Source: Rickettsia typhi (GTDB lineage Bacteria > Pseudomonadota > Alphaproteobacteria > Rickettsiales > Deianiraeaceae). Taken from it: DNA of 64,000 nucleotides. Positions 8,074 to 17,174 of this stretch are shown here, piece by piece (position 1 is the first letter of the stretch; every line of letters starts with the position of its first letter). The position numbers and the translations under genes were made by a program. The notes beneath the pieces were generated by a model, which saw nothing but the letters and a program-made list of their open reading frames with translations, was not told where the DNA came from and ran no database searches. Location of the stretch: positions 11,138 to 75,137 of the forward strand of contig CAMCQG010000001.1 in assembly GCA_945876965.1 (NCBI GenBank). The letters run 5' to 3'.

Positions 8074-10660
8074 TCATAACATACTGCATAACACCGCCGG
8101 CTTTATAATATTCTGCCTCATAAAATGTGTCAATTCTGCATTTTAAATCAATGTTTTTAACAGAATCGTCTGCATAAATAATCGTGCAATTAACTGTTTT
8201 ATTTGTTAATATATCATCAATTTTTGGTATTGCAAAACTAAATTTTTCATCACCTTTTAAATTGAGGGTTTTGCGAGTATCTCCGTTTGTAAATTCAAAT
8301 GGTAAAACGCCCATTCCAACCAAATTTGAACGATGAATCCTCTCAAAAGATTCAACAATAACTGCTTTAACACCCAAAAGCATCTGACCTTTTGCCGCCC
8401 AATCACGAGACGATCCACTGCCATATTCTTTGCCTGCCACAATAACGAGAGGTGTTTTATCGGCAATATATCTCATTGCAGTATCATAGATAGAATCTGT
8501 TGTTCCGCTAGGTAAATGAACGGCTAATGGCCCATCAAGACTTATCATTTCGTTTTTTATGCGAACATTTGCAAAAGTACCTCTCATCATAACTTCGTGA
8601 TGACCTCGTCTTGTGCCATAACTATTAAAATCTTTTTTGGTAATTCCAAAGGAATTTAAATATTTTGCAGCTGGTGAATTTTCGGCAATGTTTCCGGCCG
8701 GAGAAATATGATCGGTGGTTATTGAATCGCCAAGCATTGCCAAGCATCTTGCATTTTCGATTTTGACTTCGGTAGTTTTTTTGATATTTTCAAAATAGGG
8801 CGGATTGGCAATATACGAACTTTTATCCCATTCGTAGTTTTTGCCAGTTGGTGCTTCGATTTTTTTCCATTCATCAGATCCAGATAAATCAGCATATTTT
8901 ATAATAAATGTTTCGCGTTTGACCGATTTTGCAATTGTATCAGCAATTTCTTGGTTGCTTGGCCATAAATCTTTTAAAAATATACCACCACCAAAATCTG
9001 TTTTTGTGATATCAAGCCTTACAGAGCCTAGCAAACTATAAGCCACAACAAGGGGAGGTGATGCCAAATAATTTGATTTAACTAGTGCATGAATTCTGCC
9101 TTCAAAATTTCGATTACCAGATAAAACGCCTGCAACATTCAAGTTTTTTGATTTAATATCGGCTTCAATATCCGCATTTAAAGGTCCAGAATTGCCAATA
9201 CAAGTCATGCAACCATATCCTGCAACAAAAAACCCAAGTTGGTTTAAATATTCTTGCAAACCAGAATCAATTAAATATTGCCCAACAACAGTAGACCCGG
9301 GCGATAAAGTTGTTTTGACAAATGGTTTAACTTTTAAACCCATTTCAACTGCTTTTTTTGCAAGCAATCCAGCCCCAATTATAACCGACGGATTAGATGT
9401 GTTCGTGCAAGAAGTAATCGCTGCAATTACCACGGATCCATCTTGTAAAAGATTATTATTGGATATTTCAGTTTTGCATTCTGCATTAAAATTGTCGGCA
9501 ACATCTTTTAGAACAATTCTATCTTGTGGGCGTTTTGGACCAGCAACTGATGCCTCTATTGTAGATAAATCAAGACTCATAATATCGGTATAAACAGCAA
9601 TAATATCGTCGTTACGCCACATTTGATTTGCTTTTGCATACCCTTCAACGGTTGCAATTTGCTCATCGCTTCTCCCCGTTAAATGAAGATATTTTAATAC
9701 TTCGTCGTCAATAGGAAACAAACCACAAGTAGCTCCATATTCAGGTGCCATATTAGCAATTGTAGCCCTGTCTGCAAGACTAAGATTATCTAATCCGTTG
9801 CCAAAAAATTCAACAAATTTGGCTACAACTCCTTTTTTACGAAGCATTTGGGTAATTGTCAAAACAACATCTGTTGCCGTTATTCCTTCTTTTGTTTTAC
9901 CTGTCAATTTGACACCAATAATTTCTGGCTGAACCAAACTAATTGCCTGACCTAAACTAACGGCTTCAGCTTCAATTCCACCCACTCCCCAGCCCAAAAC
10001 TCCAAGTCCGTTTATCATAACGGTATGAGAATCGGTGCCAACAACGGTATCAGGATACAATATATTATCTTTTTCAAAAACAACTTTTGCTAAATATTCT
10101 AAATTAATTTGATGACAAATTCCAACTTCAGGCGGAACAATAGTCATATTATTAAAAGATTTTTGTGCCCATTTAAATAATCTATAACGCTCTTTATTAC
10201 GACCAATTTCTAATTCGCTATTTTTATGCAAAGCATCAGAAGTTCCATAATAATCAGCCTGAATTGAATGATCAACAACCAAATCAATTGGCACAAGTGG
10301 ATTTACTTTATCTGCATTACCACCATTTTTAACAACAAAATCACGCATTGCAGCTAAATCTACAATTGCTGGAATTCCAGTAAAATCTTGCATTAAAACC
10401 CTAGATGGATAATATGAAAGCTCAACATCGCCTTTGCCTTTATTTGACACCCATTTAACAAAATTTTCAATTGTTTGCACCGTTATATCTTTGCCATCTT
10501 CAAATCGTAGTAAATTTTCTAATAAAATCTTCATTCCAAATGGAAATTTTGCAATATCTACACCTAATTTTTGTGCAGCTTTTTCAATATTATAAAAACT
10601 ATATTCTTTGCCATTAATAACTGTTTTATCTAACGAATTTAACGAATTTAAACTTGCCAT
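8057..10660 (-). CDS. acnA: aconitate hydratase A
   Basis: 867-aa ORF with hallmark aconitase blocks: GTDSHT, ITSCTNTSNP, CMTCIGNSG and the swivel-domain GSSRDWAAKG. Confidence 0.95.
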   Translation of the reverse strand: MASLNSLNSLDKTVINGKEYSFYNIEKAAQKLGVDIAKFPFGMKILLENLLRFEDGKDITVQTIENFVKWVSNKGKGDVELSYYPSRVLMQDFTGIPAIVDLAAMRDFVVKNGGNADKVNPLVPIDLVVDHSIQADYYGTSDALHKNSELEIGRNKERYRLFKWAQKSFNNMTIVPPEVGICHQINLEYLAKVVFEKDNILYPDTVVGTDSHTVMINGLGVLGWGVGGIEAEAVSLGQAISLVQPEIIGVKLTGKTKEGITATDVVLTITQMLRKKGVVAKFVEFFGNGLDNLSLADRATIANMAPEYGATCGLFPIDDEVLKYLHLTGRSDEQIATVEGYAKANQMWRNDDIIAVYTDIMSLDLSTIEASVAGPKRPQDRIVLKDVADNFNAECKTEISNNNLLQDGSVVIAAITSCTNTSNPSVIIGAGLLAKKAVEMGLKVKPFVKTTLSPGSTVVGQYLIDSGLQEYLNQLGFFVAGYGCMTCIGNSGPLNADIEADIKSKNLNVAGVLSGNRNFEGRIHALVKSNYLASPPLVVAYSLLGSVRLDITKTDFGGGIFLKDLWPSNQEIADTIAKSVKRETFIIKYADLSGSDEWKKIEAPTGKNYEWDKSSYIANPPYFENIKKTTEVKIENARCLAMLGDSITTDHISPAGNIAENSPAAKYLNSFGITKKDFNSYGTRRGHHEVMMRGTFANVRIKNEMISLDGPLAVHLPSGTTDSIYDTAMRYIADKTPLVIVAGKEYGSGSSRDWAAKGQMLLGVKAVIVESFERIHRSNLVGMGVLPFEFTNGDTRKTLNLKGDEKFSFAIPKIDDILTNKTVNCTIIYADDSVKNIDLKCRIDTFYEAEYYKAGGVMQYVMNGKID
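8076..8160. repeat. direct repeat, right copy (the authentic 3' end of acnA)
   Basis: Matches 6876-6960; see the left copy. Confidence 0.9.
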
Positions 10661-10677
10661 ATTAATACTAAATAAAA

Positions 10678-11313
10678 TTATTTTTTACACACAGATAACA
10701 TTTTTTGATACGCATCTTTAAAGCCAATCAAATCATATGTATCAACAGAATAAGTGCCAACCGAAGATTCCGCACTTGCCATAGCCCTAAAAGATGTCAT
10801 CATGATATTTAGCATAGCAAAATCATCAAAAACACCTTGTGACCATGCAATATTATTATTTGCCGCTAATTTAAAAATTGTTCCATCAATGCTTAAATTA
10901 AGAACAGAATTATTGCGATATTTATAGCCAGTAGAAATGCTAATTTCATACCTTCTATTATTTATAAAAGTTATCATTAAATATGGCTTTCTTGTTTCTT
11001 TGTGGTTACCAATTTGCTCTTCTGGGTATTTAACCATATAACACACATTACGATGTTTTATGGTGGTGCTCATAATATACCAATTTTGTATTTTTGCTTC
11101 AAGAGAAGGTATTGTTGAATTGACAGTTTTTACATTTGGTGATTCTTCTTTTTGTATATGATCACCAATATTTGCAGTTGTAAGCTCTGTTACATCTTTT
11201 ACAGCGACGCTTTCTAGCGGCGGAACAAATGGGTTATTTTTTGCAAATGCTTGTGTTATAAAAAACAAACATAAAAATAATCTAAACATTAATAATTTTA
11301 TTAAAAATATCAA
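10678..11313 (-). CDS. secreted protein, possibly of the invasion-associated locus B (IalB) family
   Basis: Signal peptide MIFLIKLLMFRLFLCLFFITQAFA. The W...C...C spacing and the C-terminal ...DLIGFKDAYQKMLSVC resemble IalB proteins (from memory). Confidence 0.4.
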   Translation of the reverse strand: MIFLIKLLMFRLFLCLFFITQAFAKNNPFVPPLESVAVKDVTELTTANIGDHIQKEESPNVKTVNSTIPSLEAKIQNWYIMSTTIKHRNVCYMVKYPEEQIGNHKETRKPYLMITFINNRRYEISISTGYKYRNNSVLNLSIDGTIFKLAANNNIAWSQGVFDDFAMLNIMMTSFRAMASAESSVGTYSVDTYDLIGFKDAYQKMLSVCKK

Positions 11314-11956
11314 TCAACTCTATCGATAAAGATTGAATATCCTTATCAGCTTTAACTGTAATTAATTTATTTTCATTTTTATATTTTTCAATAATCGGAA
11401 ATGACTGTTCGGTGAATACTTTAAAGCGATTTGCGGCAATTATTTCGCTAGAATCATCATTTCGCTTTTTTAATACAGAGCCACATTTATCGCATTTATC
11501 ATCAATCGCCGATTTGTTATGTTTTGTATTAAAAATAGAACCACAATCTTCGCAAACTTGCCTATAAAGCAATCTGTCTAACAATTGATCTAGCGATATT
11601 TCTAAATAAATTGAAGCATCCAATCCGTTTGGTGCAATATGTGAATTTAAAAAATCATTTTGCTCTAAACTACGAGGATATCCATCAAATAAAATACCTT
11701 TATAATCATTTTTATGCAACTCTATATAACGAATCAAAACTTTATTGATAATTGCAATTGGCACTAAATTTCCGTTAGCCGTATACGATTCTATCTCCAA
11801 CGAAATATCATCATTTGGATTTTCTTTTGTCATTTTACGCAATATTTCTCCCGGTGAAATTCTTAATAAATTAAAATGTTTAGCTAATATTTCTCCTTGG
11901 GTTCCTTTGCCCGAACCCGGTGCTCCCAACAAGACAAAATAATAAAATTTAGGCAT
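11282..11956 (-). CDS. adk: adenylate kinase (zinc-ribbon lid type)
   Basis: GAPGSGKGTQ P-loop and a lid with CEDCGS...CDKCGS. I placed the start at the internal ATG (MPKFYYFVLLGAPG). Confidence 0.9.
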   Translation of the reverse strand: MPKFYYFVLLGAPGSGKGTQGEILAKHFNLLRISPGEILRKMTKENPNDDISLEIESYTANGNLVPIAIINKVLIRYIELHKNDYKGILFDGYPRSLEQNDFLNSHIAPNGLDASIYLEISLDQLLDRLLYRQVCEDCGSIFNTKHNKSAIDDKCDKCGSVLKKRNDDSSEIIAANRFKVFTEQSFPIIEKYKNENKLITVKADKDIQSLSIELIDIFNKIINV

Positions 11957-12034
11957 AAATAAAGTAATGTTAATTACCAATCAACTAAATCATATAAGAT
12001 TAATTGCAATTTAATTTTTTATATTTTGTTAATA

Positions 12035-13645
12035 TCATTTTTTAACAACTCCGCCGTTCACTTTAATTTCAAAAATCTCAACCGCCTCAATTCCATCAAC
12101 GGTTATTGCCTTGATTGCAATTTTATGCAAGCCTTCGGCAAATGTCCATTCTTCGTTTGGTTTTCCGTTTAAAATTTCGGCTTCAAAACCTTTGTTCTCG
12201 TCAAAATCAATGTCATATTGCCAAACTTCAATTTGTTCGGCGGCCGTGCAATCAAACCTAACAATTCTCTCGGTTTCTTTTTTGCCTTGCCCCACAAATG
12301 CTACTTCAACCCCAATTTTTGGCTTTTTACCAATTGGCACAATTGTGGCAACTTCTACCAGTTCTATAATTATTTTTTCTTCTAATTTTAGCCTTGCAAC
12401 CTCCTCTTTTGCACCCTTGCCAAACGAAAATGCAATTATGCTGCCAATTGATTTTTTGTCTGCAATTTGCTTGGCTAATTTGTCTTTTAACTTTGCCGTA
12501 GATTTGTAATATCGTTGAAAATCATAAACCGTTTCGTCAACCACATTTCGCCCGATATTCTCGCTCCGTTTAACTTGAATTGGCTTGTGTTCGCTGTCCC
12601 TTCCGTCAATTCCAAAGTCGCCAATTTGCCTGTCGTTGCCTTCGCCGCCAAATTTTTCAACGATGAACTTTTCAAAAGCTAGGTCTTTCATTCCAAATTT
12701 TTTGTCAAACAAATAGTCATAATCGTATTTGTGAGTTTTAACCGCAAATCCATCAAAATGTGCCTTATATTCCAAATCGCAACCGATTCGCTCCAGCCTG
12801 CCTTGTGTAACCTTTGTGGCAATAATCGATTGATCAATGCCTATAAATTGCCGTTTCAACTTTGCCGCCACCGCCACCGTTGTTCCCCCGCCCACAAACG
12901 GATCCAGCACGATGTCTCCTTCGTTCGACGATGCTTTTATTATTCGTTCAAGTAATGCCTCTGGCTTTTGCGTTGGGTAACCTATTCTTTCTTTTGCAGA
13001 TGATTGTATTGAATTAATATCAATCCACCAATCTTCTGGTATCTTTCCTTCATCTATATAATATCTATAATATTTATAATTTCCATTTTTATCTTTACTG
13101 CCTTGTTTTTCAACATATTCTCTTCCATTTTCATCTACACCCATTTTACCACCATAATTATTTTTAGAAGAAGATTTATGAGTAGTCATTGATATAGATA
13201 CATCTTCGGCATTAAAATTCCATTTATTACTTTTTACATAAAAGAAAATTGAATCGTGCTTTCTAGCATAATTATTTTTTGATTTACCGCCAGTACTATA
13301 ACACCAAACAATCTCATTCCTAAAATTCTTATCCCCAAAGATTGGATCCAAAATTTGCACCCTAATATAGGCATCTGCGTGCCAGTCGCAATGCAGGTAA
13401 ATTGAGCCTGTTTTTTTAAGTATTCGGTGAATTTCTTCAACTCGTTCTCTAAGCCAGCCGATATAATGGCTCATTCCACCGCTCCACCTATCTTCAAAGC
13501 TGCGTTTTTCACCGGCATCGCCCCAAATAACCTCGTAGTTTCGGTTGCTAAAAAACGGCGGATCAAGATAAATCAAATCTACCGATTCACTTGGCAAACC
13601 TTTTAAAATCTCTAAACAATCCCCGTGATATAGTGTATTTTGCAT
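12035..13645 (-). CDS. beta-class N6-adenine/N4-cytosine DNA methyltransferase fused to an Mrr-like PD-(D/E)xK nuclease domain plus an extra C-terminal beta-rich domain
   Basis: Motif IV LIYLDPPFF lies near the N-terminus and motif I VLDPFVGGGTTVAVA near residue 250, which is the beta-class order. Next comes GDFGIDGRDSEHKPIQVKRSENIGRNVVDE, matching the Mrr catalytic pattern D...GIDG...QxK. About 100 further residues are unassigned. Confidence 0.75.
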   Translation of the reverse strand: MQNTLYHGDCLEILKGLPSESVDLIYLDPPFFSNRNYEVIWGDAGEKRSFEDRWSGGMSHYIGWLRERVEEIHRILKKTGSIYLHCDWHADAYIRVQILDPIFGDKNFRNEIVWCYSTGGKSKNNYARKHDSIFFYVKSNKWNFNAEDVSISMTTHKSSSKNNYGGKMGVDENGREYVEKQGSKDKNGNYKYYRYYIDEGKIPEDWWIDINSIQSSAKERIGYPTQKPEALLERIIKASSNEGDIVLDPFVGGGTTVAVAAKLKRQFIGIDQSIIATKVTQGRLERIGCDLEYKAHFDGFAVKTHKYDYDYLFDKKFGMKDLAFEKFIVEKFGGEGNDRQIGDFGIDGRDSEHKPIQVKRSENIGRNVVDETVYDFQRYYKSTAKLKDKLAKQIADKKSIGSIIAFSFGKGAKEEVARLKLEEKIIIELVEVATIVPIGKKPKIGVEVAFVGQGKKETERIVRFDCTAAEQIEVWQYDIDFDENKGFEAEILNGKPNEEWTFAEGLHKIAIKAITVDGIEAVEIFEIKVNGGVVKK

Positions 13646-13808
13646 AATTTTATAATAAGATTTATCTTTATTTACTACAAAATTAACTATACTTTTGTTA
13701 AAAACAATGTTTATTTTATATATAATAATTATTTTTTATAATTTGCAATATATCGCATTATGTTATATATAATCAATTAATTATTGTTTTAAAATCAATT
13801 TTAACATT

Positions 13809-14864
13809 GTGGCAACAAATAAAATATCATCATTTTTTCAAAACTTATTCAATATTTCAAGAAAAAATGTGTATAATTTGTCCAAAGAAGATGAGTTTAT
13901 CTATAAATATCTATTAAAAAATAAATACAATAAAGAGGCAATATATGCTATAAAAGACAGAATATATCAACTTGAAGATGAGACCAAAAAATCAGTCCTT
14001 ATAAAAATTATTGAAAATGTAGAAGATTATTCTGTTCTTAAAAATATCATAAAAGAAGAATATAGCTCATTACTTTTGGGTGCAAAAATGGCATCCGATT
14101 ATAACAGTAAAAAAATGTTAAACGACACAACAAAAATATATTGGACAAAAAATAAGCAGACAAATTCACGCCAGAATAAAAAGATTCATTTGATAGAAAA
14201 TAAAAAAGAATCATCTATATTACATTATGCATCCGTGCTAAAAGTAGGTAATATAGATTTTTTTATAGACTCTATTGCGAGAAAACCACAAGAAGATCGT
14301 TATAAAAAATCCGTTCGTGTTATTTGCCATGACGACCGCGCAGACAAAGGCATGCAATCTGATGGCACGGGATGTAGCGTTTTTGCAATAAAAATTGCAA
14401 GGATATTATCTTTTTTACCCAATGATATTTTATTAGCCTGCGTATAAGAAGAAAAATATACAGATAGAAATGATAACAAAGAATATAAACAAAAAATATT
14501 TGATTTTGGAAAATTAGAAAGATATGCAGATGAAAATAAGCAAAAATTGGGAAATAAATATGAAGAAACAAAAAAAATGACCAAGGCTATTTTACCTCAT
14601 ATGTTATCTTTTTCGCAAATTAGTAAGTATAAAGAAAATATATGTAAAAAATTTGATATAAACATGGAGGAATTAGAAAACAGAGAGTTTATAAAAATAA
14701 CAAATCAAAATAATTTGGATGAAAATAAACAGAAAAAAACCACAACACTTAAAGATTTATTAAAAAAATATCAACAATCATACAAAAAAAATAATGTTGA
14801 AAAAATAATCAATGGTAGAGTTGAAGCACATAGACTAAAATCTATTCAAAGCATGGCATATTAA
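13809..14864 (+). pseudogene. CE-clan (Ulp1/YopJ-like) cysteine protease-type effector gene interrupted by one in-frame TAA
   Basis: Track ORFs 13809-14447 and 14547-14864 are in the same frame. I read every codon between them and the only stop is TAA at 14445-14447. The motifs are ILHYASVLKVGNIDFFIDS (His ... Asp-Ser) and GMQSDGTGCSVFAIK (Gln, then Cys six residues later; Cys codon 14373-14375). These follow the H-D-Q-C arrangement of clan CE. Confidence 0.5.
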
Positions 14865-14867
14865 TTT

Positions 14868-15647
14868 TTATAAATAAGGGTTTGTTATTTTTTCACCGTT
14901 CACATCAACAATGTCAGGTAATTTTGTCTGTTGCAAATGCACTTCGTTAATACGAGAAATACCAATTTTTGCATCATTATTTGTATATTCTGTTTCGTAA
15001 TATTCGGCAAGAGCCTGCCTAATTTCAAACGGAACTTTATCGGTTGTAGGTGGCATAACAAAACGAATTTTTGTTTTTAACCCACATTCTTTAATTGTTT
15101 TAATTACGGGGATAAAATCTGTATCGCCAGAACAAATAATAACTCTACTTGGTTTGTATAAAAAACAATCTCTAATTATAGCACAAGCAAGATTTGTATC
15201 CGTTTGTTTTTCGTCATATTCAAACCATTTTTGTGCTTTGCAAGATGGGCATTCAAGACCCTGATGATAACATTTTTTGCAATTAATATATCTTTTTTTA
15301 AACTTACCTTCAATTATTTTTGCTCCCAAAAAATTTTGCACTTTTGAATAATTATCATGCCTTATTAATTTTGAACCATCATCAAAAATATGTTCTGGTC
15401 TAGAAGTAAAAAAATTTACATCTTGTAATACTTCGTTTGGAGCCAAAAAACAAGACATTAATGCGGGCAAAGAAACCCATTTTAAATGAGGATTTTTAAG
15501 TTTTTGAACCTGATGATATAAATTAAAACCATCAATATAAGCAAAAACACGGGCTAAACCAAATGAATCAACCGAATTGTTCTCAAATGGACGGCCACCC
15601 GTCGAGCGTTTCGTATTGTCGTTGATATTATCATTCATAATTGTCAA
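14868..15647 (-). CDS. NYN (LabA-like, PIN-fold) domain protein with an inserted Cys4 zinc ribbon
   Basis: AYIDGFNLYHQ (N-terminal acidic motif), EKQTDTNLA, ICSGDTDFIPVIKTIKECG (the GDxDF motif), and the insertion CKKCYHQGLECPSCK. Confidence 0.7.
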   Translation of the reverse strand: MTIMNDNINDNTKRSTGGRPFENNSVDSFGLARVFAYIDGFNLYHQVQKLKNPHLKWVSLPALMSCFLAPNEVLQDVNFFTSRPEHIFDDGSKLIRHDNYSKVQNFLGAKIIEGKFKKRYINCKKCYHQGLECPSCKAQKWFEYDEKQTDTNLACAIIRDCFLYKPSRVIICSGDTDFIPVIKTIKECGLKTKIRFVMPPTTDKVPFEIRQALAEYYETEYTNNDAKIGISRINEVHLQQTKLPDIVDVNGEKITNPYL

Positions 15648-15694
15648 GCATATTAATTTTTTACTGATAAATCCTTTATTTTAATTTTAAAGAA

Positions 15695-16798
15695 TTATTT
15701 AATAAACCCGCCACCGATAACACGCGTGCCAACATAAATTACGCAAGCCTGACCTCGGGTTATTGCTCTGCCCTGTTTTTGCAACAAAATATTAGCTGTT
15801 TTTTTATCATCATTTAGCGTTATTTTTGCAGGTATTAATGGTTGCAAAGCTCGCAGGCAAACTTCTGCCTCAATTGTGCCATTTTGCATTAAATCGCTTG
15901 GGAATAAATTTAGCTCGCCAATTACAAATTTTGTGTCATACAAATCCGCTTCTTGACCGATAAAAAGTGTGTGAGTCGCAAAATCCATTTTTACCACATA
16001 ATATGGTGTTTCGGCAGCAATTCCAATGCCTTTTCGTTGACCAATTGTATAATTTATAAGCCCGTTATGTTGACCTAAAACTACTCCTGTTGAAATATCG
16101 GTAATATTACCGCTTTCCAAAGTTCCGGGGCGAAGTCTCTGCACCACTTTTACATAATCTCCATCTGGCACAAAACATATATCTTGACTGTCTTTTTTGT
16201 CGGCAATTGGCACTCCCAAATCGCGTGCAATTTGCCTAACTTGCTCTTTTGTGTATCCACCTAGCGGAAAATGCAAAAAATCTAGTTGTTCTTGCGTTGT
16301 GCTAAACAAAAAATAGCTTTGATCTTTTGTCAAATCAACAGCTCTGTGCAATTGTGCTTTTGCCTCAACATCAATTCGTTGCACATAATGCCCTGTCACC
16401 ATTGCGTCGGCTTTTATGTCCTTTGCAATTTTCATCAAATCTCTAAATTTTACCGATTGATTGCACCTTATGCACGGAACAGGGGTTGCTCCTGCCAAAT
16501 AATCATCAGCAAATTGCTCCATAACCTCTTGTTTAAATATCGATTCATAATCTAAAACATAGTGTTTTATATCAAACATCGCCGCCACGGTTCTAGCATC
16601 GTGAATGTCTTTAATTCCGCAACAAGCCTTGGATTTTTCTGGCACCGTTGCCGCATTATAAAGCTGCAAAGTTGCTCCAATCACATTATATCCCGCCTTT
16701 TTTAGCATAACCGCCACCGTTGAGCTATCTACCCCACCCGACATTGCTACTAGCACCGTTGTTTCGTTTTTTGGTTTGTTTATTTGCAGATTAATCAT
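15695..16798 (-). CDS. mnmA: tRNA-specific 2-thiouridylase
   Basis: VAMSGGVDSS PP-loop, the catalytic Cys region PCIRCN, and DSQDICF. Length 367 aa. Confidence 0.95.
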   Translation of the reverse strand: MINLQINKPKNETTVLVAMSGGVDSSTVAVMLKKAGYNVIGATLQLYNAATVPEKSKACCGIKDIHDARTVAAMFDIKHYVLDYESIFKQEVMEQFADDYLAGATPVPCIRCNQSVKFRDLMKIAKDIKADAMVTGHYVQRIDVEAKAQLHRAVDLTKDQSYFLFSTTQEQLDFLHFPLGGYTKEQVRQIARDLGVPIADKKDSQDICFVPDGDYVKVVQRLRPGTLESGNITDISTGVVLGQHNGLINYTIGQRKGIGIAAETPYYVVKMDFATHTLFIGQEADLYDTKFVIGELNLFPSDLMQNGTIEAEVCLRALQPLIPAKITLNDDKKTANILLQKQGRAITRGQACVIYVGTRVIGGGFIK

Positions 16799-16889
16799 TT
16801 TTTTATAATAAAATATAAAAAATCACTTGACTATAATAATTAATTTACAATAATTAATTTATAATTATTATACGAATTACAATAAATTT

Positions 16890-17141
16890 ATGAATAAAAA
16901 TAACAAACCAAAATCATACAGAGATGCCCTTAGAGACAATAAAGAGAATAATTTTCTAATTTTAGGAAAATCTAAATCTTACCGACGAGATTCATATAAT
17001 AATCCAACAAAAAACACTCAGAATAATTCAAATAATAATCAACCAGCAGGATATCAATTATTTTCTGGAAATTCTTCAGATCCCCTTAAGAAAAATAGAG
17101 AAGAACTTTATAGCACAAAAAAGACAAATCTTTGTATCTAA
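16890..17141 (+). CDS. small N-rich hypothetical protein
   Basis: 83-aa low-complexity ORF in an otherwise empty intergenic gap. There is no motif, and coding status is uncertain. Confidence 0.2.
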   Translation: MNKNNKPKSYRDALRDNKENNFLILGKSKSYRRDSYNNPTKNTQNNSNNNQPAGYQLFSGNSSDPLKKNREELYSTKKTNLCI

Positions 17142-17174
17142 TATTGTATTGAACAAAAAAATGAAAAATTTATT

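Noticed and set aside
6876-8160. Could the 85-bp direct repeats be a CRISPR array or IS terminal repeats?
   Set aside because: There are only two copies, 1200 bp apart. They are direct rather than inverted, and clearly derive from the acnA coding sequence. There are no cas genes or transposase.
8257-9593. Several 60-133 aa ORFs (8257-8466, 8333-8515, 8841-9041, 9192-9593) lie inside or antisense to acnA.
   Set aside because: They lie entirely within a strongly supported 867-aa conserved CDS, have no motifs, and are the usual shadow ORFs. The same reasoning applies to other nested track ORFs, for example within hemB, murA, nuoF, mnmA, pccA, comM and icd.
12035-13645. GC-richer composition of the methyltransferase gene as evidence for recent horizontal transfer.
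   Set aside because: By eye its GC content is similar to that of conserved housekeeping genes here (acnA, mnmA, nuoF) and only higher than the orphan ORFs. Without computed statistics this is not evidence of foreign origin.
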